Source: Clostridia bacterium (lineage in GTDB: Bacteria; Bacillota; Clostridia; Christensenellales; QALW01). From it: 64,000 bases of DNA. The notes beneath the pieces were generated by a model that was not told where the DNA came from, searched no databases, and worked only from the letters and a program-made list of their open reading frames with translations. The stretch is taken from assembly GCA_045591115.1 (NCBI GenBank), contig JAZNSH010000014.1, positions 14,769 to 78,768 of the forward strand. The letters are read 5' to 3'. Shown here one piece after another: positions 28,521-38,259 of this stretch. The position numbers and the translations under genes were made by a program. Numbering within the stretch: the first letter of the stretch is position 1; each line of letters begins with the position of its first letter.

Positions 28521-29813
28521 TTATTTTGCATTTGGTAAATAGGCGCCAAGTTCTTTTAATTTTGTTTGTAATTCCTTTATATCTATACTACGAACGTTTG
28601 CATTTTCACAAGCAAGTGCTGCAGCAATTCCTGCCGCTTGTCCCGTAATAAAACACCCCGGCATAACTCGGATTGATGCCTGCATTTTTTGATCGGTACC
28701 AATACACCGCCCCGCCACCAAAGCATTTGATAATGAAACAGGAATCAGGCATCTGTACGGAATACCGTAAGATTCACCTTTTTTGTATTTTAAGCTTTCG
28801 TTATATTCTTTTTCAAAGCGCTCATATTCTTTCTTATCTGTATTCTTAACGTGAATATCAACGGGATAACAATATCGCCCGATTTCATCATCAAAAACAC
28901 TTCTGTTGATAAAATCATCCACATTAAGCATATAATCACAAGTAATTCTGCGAGATTCCCTTACGCCTAAAATCGATGCTGTTGCAAGAAGTTCCATATC
29001 TTCATAACCCTCAAAATACGTTTTAAAATATTTTTCGTATTCAAGCATCATTTTTCTTCCCTTTATCATCGCACCTGACAATGATTTTTCATCCGTAGGG
29101 TCAACATCAAAGGTATGCCCGATATTTCCTCTACCGATTCCCTTTACGTCATAAAAAAAACCAGGAATATGTCTGTCCTCATTGGAAAGCACTCCGTCTT
29201 TATATGCTTTTTCAACAAAAGCGTTTGGTGCATGCTTTACCTTACTCTTATCAATATTTGTCCAAAGACTGCAAAGAGTCTGCGGCATAACTACACCATT
29301 TTCATCGCCCTTTTGAAAATTCGCACCTGCATATGCGCACAAATCACCATCGCCGGTACAATCAATATAAACCTTTGCCTTCACAGAAAACAGACCGCTT
29401 TTCGCGCCAAGAATAACCGCTTCAATTTTATTATCGACAGTTACAACGTCGTAGACCGTTGTAAAAAAAGAAAAATCAACTCCTGCTTCGGTGATTATTC
29501 TATCGTACTCCCTTTTTAGTTCTTCTGCATTTATAGTCGTCCAATAAGAATCAAGGGAAAAATGCTTTGATACATTTTTTCTTATTTCGTATCCAATACC
29601 ACTTGCAAGAACGTTTATGCCGTCATCAAAAGGTGCAAAAGCAGGAACCATACCCGAAGTACCCAATCCACCGAAGCACCCCGTTGACTCTGCAAGGAAT
29701 ACCTTTTTTCCGCACCGTGCCGCCGCTACGCTTGCCGCAATACCCGCCGCACCACCACCGGCAACAAAGACATCGGTTTCATATTTCACAGTAAGATTTT
29801 TAAAAAAATTCAT
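28521..29813 (-). CDS. FAD-dependent oxidoreductase (GIDA/FAD_oxidored-like)
   Basis: The preferred start is the ATG at 29813 (MNFFKNLTVKYETDVFVAGGGAAGIAAS) behind GGAGAG. The track start at 29846 is upstream. Confidence 0.7.
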   Translation of the reverse strand: MNFFKNLTVKYETDVFVAGGGAAGIAASVAAARCGKKVFLAESTGCFGGLGTSGMVPAFAPFDDGINVLASGIGYEIRKNVSKHFSLDSYWTTINAEELKREYDRIITEAGVDFSFFTTVYDVVTVDNKIEAVILGAKSGLFSVKAKVYIDCTGDGDLCAYAGANFQKGDENGVVMPQTLCSLWTNIDKSKVKHAPNAFVEKAYKDGVLSNEDRHIPGFFYDVKGIGRGNIGHTFDVDPTDEKSLSGAMIKGRKMMLEYEKYFKTYFEGYEDMELLATASILGVRESRRITCDYMLNVDDFINRSVFDDEIGRYCYPVDIHVKNTDKKEYERFEKEYNESLKYKKGESYGIPYRCLIPVSLSNALVAGRCIGTDQKMQASIRVMPGCFITGQAAGIAAALACENANVRSIDIKELQTKLKELGAYLPNAK

Positions 29814-29923
29814 TTTTTCTCTCCAGAAATGCATCAAAAATTTCAAAATGAACTATACAAAAGTTAAAATTTTTAATTATTATAACATATTCTTTTTTTT
29901 CTTTCAACACTAAATTTATTGTT

Positions 29924-30129
29924 TTCATTGTGAAACTCTTTTCAAATTACAAAAAATATTGAACACATCGTTTAGGAAAAACCTAAAATGATATGTCCAA
30001 CTTTTTCACATTAAAATTTATGTTTTTTGGATTTTACAATCATCAAATAAAACGCAAAAGTCTTAAAAGCCTTGCAAAATCTTAGCCCTTCATTGCAACT
30101 TCGCAAGCAACTGCAACTGCAACGGACAT
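29924..30129 (-). repeat. Repeat family A, copy 2: hairpin (29959-30000) plus a 65-bp core identical to the stop-proximal end of the GGGtGRT gene
   Basis: 30065-30129 equals 45016-45080 with no mismatch in my alignment. This span covers the stop codon and the last 15 codons. Identity ends abruptly at 30130 (CCCCCCC...). Confidence 0.85.
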
Positions 30130-30178
30130 CCCCCCCAAGTAACACATTATATTTTTTCATTTTTACACAAAAATCAAA

Positions 30179-31060
30179 TTATTCTGAAGCACATTGTTGA
30201 TCATCGGAGTTTCTTTTGCAATACCTATTGTTTAGTAAATATTTATATGGGGTTGTACCCGTATATTTCTTAAAAATTTTGATAAAATAACTGACACTCG
30301 AAAATCCGCAATCAAATGAAACGTTAAGAATATTTTGATGATTTTCTGAAAGCAACTTTTTCGCGTGTTCAATACGGTAACGAATAATATATTCAGCAGG
30401 TGTTTGTCCTGTATATTTCTTAAAAAGACGTATGATATACGACTTGCTATAATGTGCAACGTCACAAAGAGAATCAAGTGTGATTTGTTCGTAAAAATGT
30501 GTGTGAATGTAATCGAAAAGCAGATGTTGGACATAAAAATTATGCTTTTCAATAGTATCGTTCTCTTTGTACTCCCCGAGTTCAAGAAAACGAGCAAACA
30601 AAGAGCAGAAAATAGACTTCAATCGAAATTCATATCCAAAAGGTTTCTCATTATAACAAGAGATAATTTCCTTCATATGTTTTATAACTTCGTTTCCAAG
30701 TTCACTATTCTTAGAAAAGAAATTAGAAAACTCAAGACTTTCAAACCACAATGCAAGTTCATTTCCTGTCCAAAATTCCGGATGAACTACTATGGCTGTT
30801 ACGGATTTTCCTAAATCAAGATGTAAAGAATGGAGTGCGCCACCACGTATCATTAATACATCATCCTTATTCAATATCAACTGTTCCCCATCGACCGTAC
30901 ATTGCGCACCGTCATTATTAGAAATCAAAAACTCGTACTCATCGTGCCAATGATAACTGACAAAAGATGATTTGTATATTTTTAAAGGTAAACTTCCGCT
31001 TCTGTGAATTACCGATTCTTTGTAAAGCGCGTCTTTTATCATTTTAGCCTCTTTGTTCAA
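30179..31060 (-). CDS. AraC family transcriptional regulator (cupin plus HTH)
   Basis: 293 aa. The C-terminus FDCGFSSVSYFIKIFKKYTGTTPYKY. Divergent from the GH31 gene. Confidence 0.85.
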   Translation of the reverse strand: MNKEAKMIKDALYKESVIHRSGSLPLKIYKSSFVSYHWHDEYEFLISNNDGAQCTVDGEQLILNKDDVLMIRGGALHSLHLDLGKSVTAIVVHPEFWTGNELALWFESLEFSNFFSKNSELGNEVIKHMKEIISCYNEKPFGYEFRLKSIFCSLFARFLELGEYKENDTIEKHNFYVQHLLFDYIHTHFYEQITLDSLCDVAHYSKSYIIRLFKKYTGQTPAEYIIRYRIEHAKKLLSENHQNILNVSFDCGFSSVSYFIKIFKKYTGTTPYKYLLNNRYCKRNSDDQQCASE

Positions 31061-31171
31061 TATAATTATATTTTTAGCAAATATAATGATAGTAATCGTT
31101 ATATTCTTACGATATAATTATATTATAATTAAATTCCAAAGTCAACAAGGTAAATCAGGAGGTTACTAAAT

Positions 31172-33499
31172 ATGCTACAAACAAGTGCAATTATCAATAA
31201 AGACTATGTTCGTGAAAACGTTGTATCAGTTACACTTTCCGATGTTAAAGAGAACAGTTTACTATTTAAAGCAAATGCAGTTATAAAAAACTTTTCAAAA
31301 GTATCATCAGGCGACGATGAGATGTTTGATCGTATTAAAGAATCAACACAAGGAGATTTTACAACCGGAAGACTACTCATAGAGTTATTTAAGCAAGACT
31401 GCTTACGTGTACGATTCTTTATGGGTGAAGAAGTCGCTAAAAACGATACACCTATGGTATCAGGAAGCCTTGATGCCGGCACAGATATGCAGGTAAATGA
31501 AGATAATAATATCGTTACGGCTTGTTGTGGCAATCTTATCATTACAGTAACACTAAGTCCCTACAGTCTTAACGTATATAATATATCCACGGGCAAAAGT
31601 GTAAAGGTTGGCGGTTTTGAAAAAAATTTTTTTAACGTTCGAGATTCGCTTAATACAGGTCTTTGCTATATAAAAGGGGAATCTGTGCCTATTGCAACCG
31701 AAAATTTTGCACTTTCTCCCCACGAAGCTATATATGGCTTTGGTGAAAAATTTATCAAACTCAATAAGGTCGGTCAAACCATTGAATTTGATACTCAGGA
31801 CGGAATCGGCATAGGAACTCCCCGAACATACAAGAATATACCTTTCTATGTTTCAACAAACGGCTACGGAGTTTTTTTCAATCATTCTTCTCATATGACC
31901 TTCTTTGTAGGAAGTATGTATGCCGGTGATATTCAAGCAGCAATTCATGACGACTTCCTTGATTATTACATTTTCACCGGTAGCATAAAGGACATCATCG
32001 GCAACTACACTTTACTTACCGGAAGGTCTTCTATGCCTTCAAAATGGAGTTTTGGCTATTGGCAAAGCAAAATAACCTATCACAGTGCCGAGGAAATTTT
32101 AGACATCGTATGTAATATGCGTAAAAAGCAAATTCCTATGGACGTTATACATATCGACACACATTGGTTTAAAACTAATTGGTTCTGCGACTATGAGTTT
32201 GATAAGGAGAGATTTCCCGATCCAATGGGTTTAGTAAAGGAGCTTTCAGAACAAGGTGTTCACCTTTCACTGTGGCAGTTACCCTACGTACGCTTTGGTT
32301 CAAAAGCATTTGACGAATTCAAAAAGGTTGACGGCTTTGTAAAAAACAAAGACGGTGAGATGTACGACCTTCGAACCCTTGGCGTGATTCTATGTAATTC
32401 TCCTGACCCTGTTGGAATTATAGATTTCACAAACCCCAAGGCAATAGAAGCTTATAAAAACGTACTCAGAAGACTTTTTGATATAGGTGTAAGCGTTATA
32501 AAAACTGATTTTGGTGAGGCTGCCCCTTCGGACGGTGTTTATTATGACGGAACACCGGGATATAAAATGCACAACCTCTATCCCCTGCTTTATAACAAAG
32601 TCGTGTATGAATTAACCTCTGAATACTTCGGCAACGAAGCAATAGTTTGGGGAAGATCTGCCTACGCAGGTAACCAACGTTACCCTCTTTATTGGGGCGG
32701 TGATAACAGCCCGAATTTTGAAAATATAATCCCTCAGCTTGTTGGTGGTTTATCCTTTGGTATGTGCGGATTCCCATTTTGGAGTCAAGACGTTGGCGGT
32801 TTTATTGGACTTACCAATAACAAGTTGTTAATTCGTTGGATGCAGTTCAGCATTCTTATGTCGCACATAAGAATACACGGAAGTGGTGATCGAGAGTTAT
32901 ATAAATATAGTGATGAGTGCATTGAAATTTGCAAAAAATACCTCGATATGAGATACTCAATTCTGCCTTATCTGTGGGCACAAGCAAGAAAATGCTGTAA
33001 GGATGCGCTTCCTCTAACCAGAGCCTTGGTTATTGAGTATCAAAATGATCCAAACGTATGGAATATCGAAGATGAATATATGTCGGGTGACTCTCTGCTC
33101 GTTGCACCAATATACACTGAAGATAACAAACGTAGCGTTTATCTGCCCGAGGGTGTTTGGACTGACTGGCATACAGGCGAACGCATTGTTGGCGGAAAAT
33201 GGATGGATATAATTGCACCTTTAGACGTGCTTCCGCTATACGTAAAAGAAGGTGCCGTAATTCCTATCGGCACACGAATGAATTACGTTAACGAAAAGAG
33301 TATCGACATTTTAGAAATCAGAGTATATCCATTTGAACGTGATGGCAAAACGCAAATTGATGCTGAAACCTTTGATACGGTAATTCCTATAGTATACGAA
33401 GCAAAAAACGGGAATCACACCGTCTATATTCCTAAAACCAATATAAATTTAACGGTTAAATGTATGAATAATTCAATCATTAAAGTAGTTAAAAACTAA
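31172..33499 (+). CDS. Glycoside hydrolase family 31 (alpha-xylosidase / alpha-glucosidase type)
   Basis: 775 aa. GFGEKF, WQSK, IHIDTHW, KTDFGE and YWGGDN motifs. Confidence 0.85.
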   Translation: MLQTSAIINKDYVRENVVSVTLSDVKENSLLFKANAVIKNFSKVSSGDDEMFDRIKESTQGDFTTGRLLIELFKQDCLRVRFFMGEEVAKNDTPMVSGSLDAGTDMQVNEDNNIVTACCGNLIITVTLSPYSLNVYNISTGKSVKVGGFEKNFFNVRDSLNTGLCYIKGESVPIATENFALSPHEAIYGFGEKFIKLNKVGQTIEFDTQDGIGIGTPRTYKNIPFYVSTNGYGVFFNHSSHMTFFVGSMYAGDIQAAIHDDFLDYYIFTGSIKDIIGNYTLLTGRSSMPSKWSFGYWQSKITYHSAEEILDIVCNMRKKQIPMDVIHIDTHWFKTNWFCDYEFDKERFPDPMGLVKELSEQGVHLSLWQLPYVRFGSKAFDEFKKVDGFVKNKDGEMYDLRTLGVILCNSPDPVGIIDFTNPKAIEAYKNVLRRLFDIGVSVIKTDFGEAAPSDGVYYDGTPGYKMHNLYPLLYNKVVYELTSEYFGNEAIVWGRSAYAGNQRYPLYWGGDNSPNFENIIPQLVGGLSFGMCGFPFWSQDVGGFIGLTNNKLLIRWMQFSILMSHIRIHGSGDRELYKYSDECIEICKKYLDMRYSILPYLWAQARKCCKDALPLTRALVIEYQNDPNVWNIEDEYMSGDSLLVAPIYTEDNKRSVYLPEGVWTDWHTGERIVGGKWMDIIAPLDVLPLYVKEGAVIPIGTRMNYVNEKSIDILEIRVYPFERDGKTQIDAETFDTVIPIVYEAKNGNHTVYIPKTNINLTVKCMNNSIIKVVKN

Positions 33500-33526
33500 A
33501 TATTATGTTACGTTTCTAATATAAAA

Positions 33527-33647
33527 AAAGATGGACACCTCATTAAAGATTTCTCTAAAATGATGTGTCCAATTTTTTATGTTTTAAATTTTATAATAGG
33601 TCTTTTTATTAGCCCTTCATTGCAACGACCCAAGCAACTGCAACTGC
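33527..33647 (-). repeat. Repeat family A, copy 3: hairpin (33532-33571) plus a degenerate 39-bp core
   Basis: 33609-33647, TTAGCCCTTCATTGCAACgacCCAAGCAACTGCAACTGC, differs from 45033-45071 at 3 positions. Confidence 0.8.
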
Positions 33648-33719
33648 TTTTTATATTAAATTCAAATTCACTGTTCTGTATAGCGATTCAAAGATCATTT
33701 GATTACACGATGTATGTTT

Positions 33720-34535
33720 CTATTTTTGACATAAGCACATTTTTCTATATTCCGTAGGCGATAATCCGGTAAACTTTTTAAATTGTCGGCTGAAGTGATA
33801 TTCATCGTAAAAGCCCAAACTAAATGAAATATCTATTATTTTCATCTGTGGATAGTATTCAAGGCAGAATTTTGCGCTCTCGACTTTCTGTATCAGCTGA
33901 TATTGATGTATAGTCATACCGCAACACTCTTTAAAGGTTGTTTCTACCGTTCTTACACCCACGTTCAACATCTGCGCAATTTCTTTATTTGAAAAGTTTT
34001 TATGGACCGATGTGGTGAGTATCTTTTTAACATTGGATACCAATGCATATTTTGACTTATCGGATATAGTGCTTTCTGAAAGCTCGCATAAAAGTATGTT
34101 TAAATAAGATGAAGCCTTTAAATCATTACCTTTTGCGTGTTCTTCTATAGTTTTTACAAGCGTTTTTTTGATTTCGGGATTGTTCTTTGTCTCTACAATA
34201 GTGTTTATGTATATACAACTTCCATCGGTTTTGTATGACTGTGTATTTATATGTTTATCACCCGGCGCAACAGAAAAATGCACGAACATAGTATGTGTAC
34301 CCGCAGGACAGTCCTTGAGTCCAATGTGCGCAATTTCAGCAGGTTGTATAAATACATAGTCTTTTTCTGCATTTATAATTTCGCCACCTATGTCCAACTT
34401 CCAACTGCCTTTTAAAACATACGATATAATATGCTCATTCAGTGTCCTTGACGGATGTTTGACAGGTGATATAAATACGTTATGACTCGCGATTATAATT
34501 CGCCTGTTAGCATTTAAGTTAAAAATATTACCCAT
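33720..34535 (-). CDS. AraC family transcriptional regulator (cupin plus HTH)
   Basis: 271 aa. The C-terminus ISFSLGFYDEYHFSRQFKKFTGLSPTEYRK. Confidence 0.85.
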   Translation of the reverse strand: MGNIFNLNANRRIIIASHNVFISPVKHPSRTLNEHIISYVLKGSWKLDIGGEIINAEKDYVFIQPAEIAHIGLKDCPAGTHTMFVHFSVAPGDKHINTQSYKTDGSCIYINTIVETKNNPEIKKTLVKTIEEHAKGNDLKASSYLNILLCELSESTISDKSKYALVSNVKKILTTSVHKNFSNKEIAQMLNVGVRTVETTFKECCGMTIHQYQLIQKVESAKFCLEYYPQMKIIDISFSLGFYDEYHFSRQFKKFTGLSPTEYRKMCLCQK

Positions 34536-34660
34536 ATTATCACCTGCGTTTTTTGCGTTATTTTACATCATTATACTGAAAAGGTGCTTTTTTGTCAATT
34601 CACATTAAAACCTCTTTTTGATATGATTAATTTAGCAATATCAAAAAAGGAGGTGTGGTT

Positions 34661-35089
34661 ATGCTAAAAGGAATACCAAGTATTATTTCACCGGAGCTTT
34701 TAAAAATCTTAATGGAAATGGGACATGGAGATGAGATAGTAATAGGCGACGGAAATTTCCCGGGTCAGAGTATGAACGCAAGATGTGTGCGTTGCGATGG
34801 ACACGGCGTACCCGAAGTAATGGAAGCAATTTTAAAGCTTATGCCGTTGGACACATACGCAAAGCCTGCATTTATTATTCAAAAAATTCCCGGAGATAAT
34901 GTAGAAACCCCCATCTGGGATGTTTTTGATAAAATTATAAAAGAGCATACAGATGAAAAAATTGAACAAATTGAACGCTTTGCCTTTTATGAAAGAGCAA
35001 AGAAAGCTTATGCGGTTGTTATGACAGGCGAAACAGCACTTTACGGTTGTATAATTCTTAAAAAAGGTGTAATTAAAGAGGTGAAATAA
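34661..35089 (+). CDS. RbsD/FucU family sugar mutarotase
   Basis: MLKGIPSIISPELLKILMEMGHGDEIVIGDGNFP. ATG at 34661 behind AAGGAGG. Confidence 0.8.
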   Translation: MLKGIPSIISPELLKILMEMGHGDEIVIGDGNFPGQSMNARCVRCDGHGVPEVMEAILKLMPLDTYAKPAFIIQKIPGDNVETPIWDVFDKIIKEHTDEKIEQIERFAFYERAKKAYAVVMTGETALYGCIILKKGVIKEVK

Positions 35090-35091
35090 TT

Positions 35092-35637
35092 ATGGAAAAG
35101 AAAGTTTATATAGGAAACGACACAGCAGGATATTATTTGAAATCAAAGTGTATTGAATATTTAGAGGGCAAAGGCATTCCTTACGTTGATTGCGGTTCTG
35201 ATGACGACCCTGATATTGAAACAACAAGATATCCATTCTTTGCTGCAAAGGTTGCAAAAGCCGTAGCAAGCGGTGAAGCAAGATGCGGACTTTTAATTTG
35301 CGGTTCAGGTATCGGTATTTCGATTGCGGCAAATAAATTCAAAGGAGTTCGTGCGGCACTTGTTAACAGTACGTATTTGGCAAGAATGACACGCAGACAT
35401 AATGATGCTAACATTCTTTGTATGGGAGGAAAAATAATCGGTGAGTGGGAAGCCATTGACATTTTGGAAACTTTCCTTAATACTGAATATGACGGTTTGT
35501 TCCATGACGGTTCATTAGAGCTTATCAAAGAAGCAGAAAACTATATGATGAACGATAACGTATGGTGTGAAGAACCGAGAAAAATTTCAACGGGACCTTT
35601 GGCAGATGCAGAAATCTTTGACAGAAGCAAGGGTTGA
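35092..35637 (+). CDS. RpiB/LacA/LacB family sugar-phosphate isomerase
   Basis: 181 aa. GLLICGSGIGISIAANKFKGVRAA motif. Confidence 0.8.
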   Translation: MEKKVYIGNDTAGYYLKSKCIEYLEGKGIPYVDCGSDDDPDIETTRYPFFAAKVAKAVASGEARCGLLICGSGIGISIAANKFKGVRAALVNSTYLARMTRRHNDANILCMGGKIIGEWEAIDILETFLNTEYDGLFHDGSLELIKEAENYMMNDNVWCEEPRKISTGPLADAEIFDRSKG

Positions 35638-35652
35638 TAAAGGAGTAAAAAT

Positions 35653-36600
35653 ATGTATAAAAAAATTACCGAAAAATATTCATTTGTAAAAGGATTTAAT
35701 ATTCAGCCCGACTGGGGCAGAACGGGCACTCAGATATGGCTCAACTTTGACGCGGAGCGTTACGAAATGTTTATTAAGATTGGCAAAGAACGTTTTCCGT
35801 CTATGAATACCTTAAGAATTTGGTTGTCCTTTGAAGCGTATATGGAGGACAGAGTGACATATCTTGAAAACGTTAAAAAAGCATGTGATATTCTCACAAA
35901 AGAAGATATTTACATTATTCCTACGTACTTTAACGGATGGGTTGGAATGCCTTGCTTTGGCGCGTTTACAATGGAAAACATCGAAGAAAGCAAAAGACCT
36001 GCATATATTAAGTGCCTTCGCGAAACAGTTGAAGCAATAAAAGACTCAAAGATACTAATGCACGACATTGCAAACGAGCCATACAACAATGCTTTCGTTC
36101 ATAAGGTATATTTTGATAAGGTTACAGACTTTTTACTTCGTATGACAGAAGAACTTAGGAAAATCGACTCAAGACCAATAACAATCGGCTCTCAAAGTTA
36201 CCTCAGTGACGACAAAGACTTGTGCGATATGGACGTTTTAGCACCTTATGAGGATGTAATTACGCTTCATCCGTACAATCAGAAGAATAAACCTGTGGAA
36301 GAATTTGAAAAAGATTTTTGCAAAATTCTTGATTATTTGGTGCAGTTTGACAAGCCAATAATCATTACCGAATGTTGCTGGGCAGCTCCTACAGCAGAAG
36401 AAAGAAAGCATTATTTAGAAAGCGAACTTTCCGTATACAAAAAACACGGTGTAGGATATCTGGCTCAAGGGCTTATAACGTCTCCTGTTGCCGATTTACA
36501 TCCTATTGAGGAGAGTTATTTGGAAAAAGGTCTGTATATGGCATTTTTAGACCGCGATTTCAACATAAGGCCTTATCACGATATATTTAATAAAATTTAG
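35653..36600 (+). CDS. Clan GH-A TIM-barrel glycoside hydrolase (GH5-like)
   Basis: 315 aa. HDIANEP (acid/base NEP motif) and ITECCW (candidate nucleophile Glu). Confidence 0.45.
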   Translation: MYKKITEKYSFVKGFNIQPDWGRTGTQIWLNFDAERYEMFIKIGKERFPSMNTLRIWLSFEAYMEDRVTYLENVKKACDILTKEDIYIIPTYFNGWVGMPCFGAFTMENIEESKRPAYIKCLRETVEAIKDSKILMHDIANEPYNNAFVHKVYFDKVTDFLLRMTEELRKIDSRPITIGSQSYLSDDKDLCDMDVLAPYEDVITLHPYNQKNKPVEEFEKDFCKILDYLVQFDKPIIITECCWAAPTAEERKHYLESELSVYKKHGVGYLAQGLITSPVADLHPIEESYLEKGLYMAFLDRDFNIRPYHDIFNKI

Positions 36601-36763
36601 TGGTAGTTTTTTAACAAGACAAAGAGCACCCGATAAAACCTTTTGCTTCCTTAGTTACATTATCACCCACGACTGCATAAAGATATGCCGGAAACTGATA
36701 TTTGTCTTGAATGACGTTATCGGCTGTTTTATCATACAATTAAAAAATTAGAGGTATGCCATT

Positions 36764-38218
36764 ATGTTTTTTAAAAACTTAAACATTTTTTCAGAAGGCG
36801 AAGCAACGTTAAAAGTGGTTGACGATACACTGACTGTTACAGACCGTAAATTTAGTTACAGCTCGCCTGCAGTAAGGCTTGATGGTAAAAACGATTATAC
36901 CGTTGAATACTTAATAAAAAGCAAAAAGGAAGTAATTCATCTTACTGCATATTTTAAGATTACTTACATGCTAAATGGTGAAGAAGACGTCTCCTATATT
37001 CATGGTGAAATGGCTGTAATTACGCCCGATAAATATACTCAAGTAACCGCAACTCTCAATTTGTGGGATAAACTTGAAATCAAAGAGGTTATATCCTATA
37101 TCATTCAAAATGCAAACGAGCCTTTTGACGATTATTTTCTTTCCTCCTATATAATAAAGGATGAGGAACACTTGCCTTTTGAAAAGGAAAATAATTCTTT
37201 TCCTGATAAGTGCCCCATAGGCGCCATTCGTTGGGATGCATATTTTTCAGTTGAAAATACGTTAAGCAACGTTTCAAGGCAGGTATCAAAAACACTTTCA
37301 CCCAATATGTTCCATAGCCACGCGCCCTTCTTCGCAAAGGCAGTTGATAAAGATAAGCTTATTTTTTCAGAGCCCACTCAAGAGCAGTTTGATAAGGAAT
37401 GTGAGCTTGCCGTTGACGCGGGTATTGATTATTTTGCATATTGCTGGTACGGGAATAACGATCCTATGTGCTATGCAAGAAGACAGCATACCAAATCTAT
37501 TTGGCGCGATAAAATTAAAATGTGCGCCATAATAGGCGTTACTTATCTTAACGATGACAGCATTGACGAGCTTGCCTTGACCTGTAAGGAAGATTTTTAT
37601 TTAAAAATTCTTAACCGCCCTGCCATATTCGTTTGTTACGCTATGAAATTTAATAAAGATTATATTGACCTTATTAGAACGCGTATTATGGAAAAGGGAA
37701 ATCCAAACCCATACTTTATTGCTTTGGGAGATTCCGTCGCTGATGCTTTTACCTTTGGTTTAAGAGGATATCAAGCAATTTCATCATACAGTTACTTTCC
37801 TCGTGCTGAAGGCTGGTCCTATAAACAACTTGTTGAAAAGGTTGAAAATCGCAACGTAATGTTTCATAGTTCAAAGGATATCATTGACACCGTGCCTCTA
37901 ATTATCTGCGGTCTTGATTTTAGACCTCGCGCATTAAATCCTGTATCGTGGATGAGTGGCAAAAACTTTGCCTATACAGGCACAAGTGAAGAAATCTATA
38001 TGCACGCAAAAACCACCTTAAATGGTGCAAAAAACGTTCCCGCCGTGCTTATGTACGCTTGGAATGAGCATGATGAGGGTGGCTGGTGCTGTCCCACCTT
38101 AACCGTTGACGAAAACGGAAACACCGTTACTGATGAAAATGGCAATAACGTTATGGACAGAAGCCATCTTGATGCTATAAAAAAGGCAATAAAGGAATAT
38201 AAAAATGACCTATCTTAA
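36764..38218 (+). CDS. Uncharacterised protein, intracellular paralog of the next gene. It has an N-terminal beta-sandwich-like region and a C-terminal domain ending in a WNEHDEGGW motif.
   Basis: 484 aa. It shares IGAIRWDAYF, SNVS(R/Q)QV(S/A)K(T/A)LSP, G(I/L)DYFAY.WY and YAWNEHDEGGW.CPT...DENGN with 38260-40149. Confidence 0.5.
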   Translation: MFFKNLNIFSEGEATLKVVDDTLTVTDRKFSYSSPAVRLDGKNDYTVEYLIKSKKEVIHLTAYFKITYMLNGEEDVSYIHGEMAVITPDKYTQVTATLNLWDKLEIKEVISYIIQNANEPFDDYFLSSYIIKDEEHLPFEKENNSFPDKCPIGAIRWDAYFSVENTLSNVSRQVSKTLSPNMFHSHAPFFAKAVDKDKLIFSEPTQEQFDKECELAVDAGIDYFAYCWYGNNDPMCYARRQHTKSIWRDKIKMCAIIGVTYLNDDSIDELALTCKEDFYLKILNRPAIFVCYAMKFNKDYIDLIRTRIMEKGNPNPYFIALGDSVADAFTFGLRGYQAISSYSYFPRAEGWSYKQLVEKVENRNVMFHSSKDIIDTVPLIICGLDFRPRALNPVSWMSGKNFAYTGTSEEIYMHAKTTLNGAKNVPAVLMYAWNEHDEGGWCCPTLTVDENGNTVTDENGNNVMDRSHLDAIKKAIKEYKNDLS

Positions 38219-38259
38219 GTTTGACGGTAAAAAATAATTAACCATTAAGGAGACTATGT

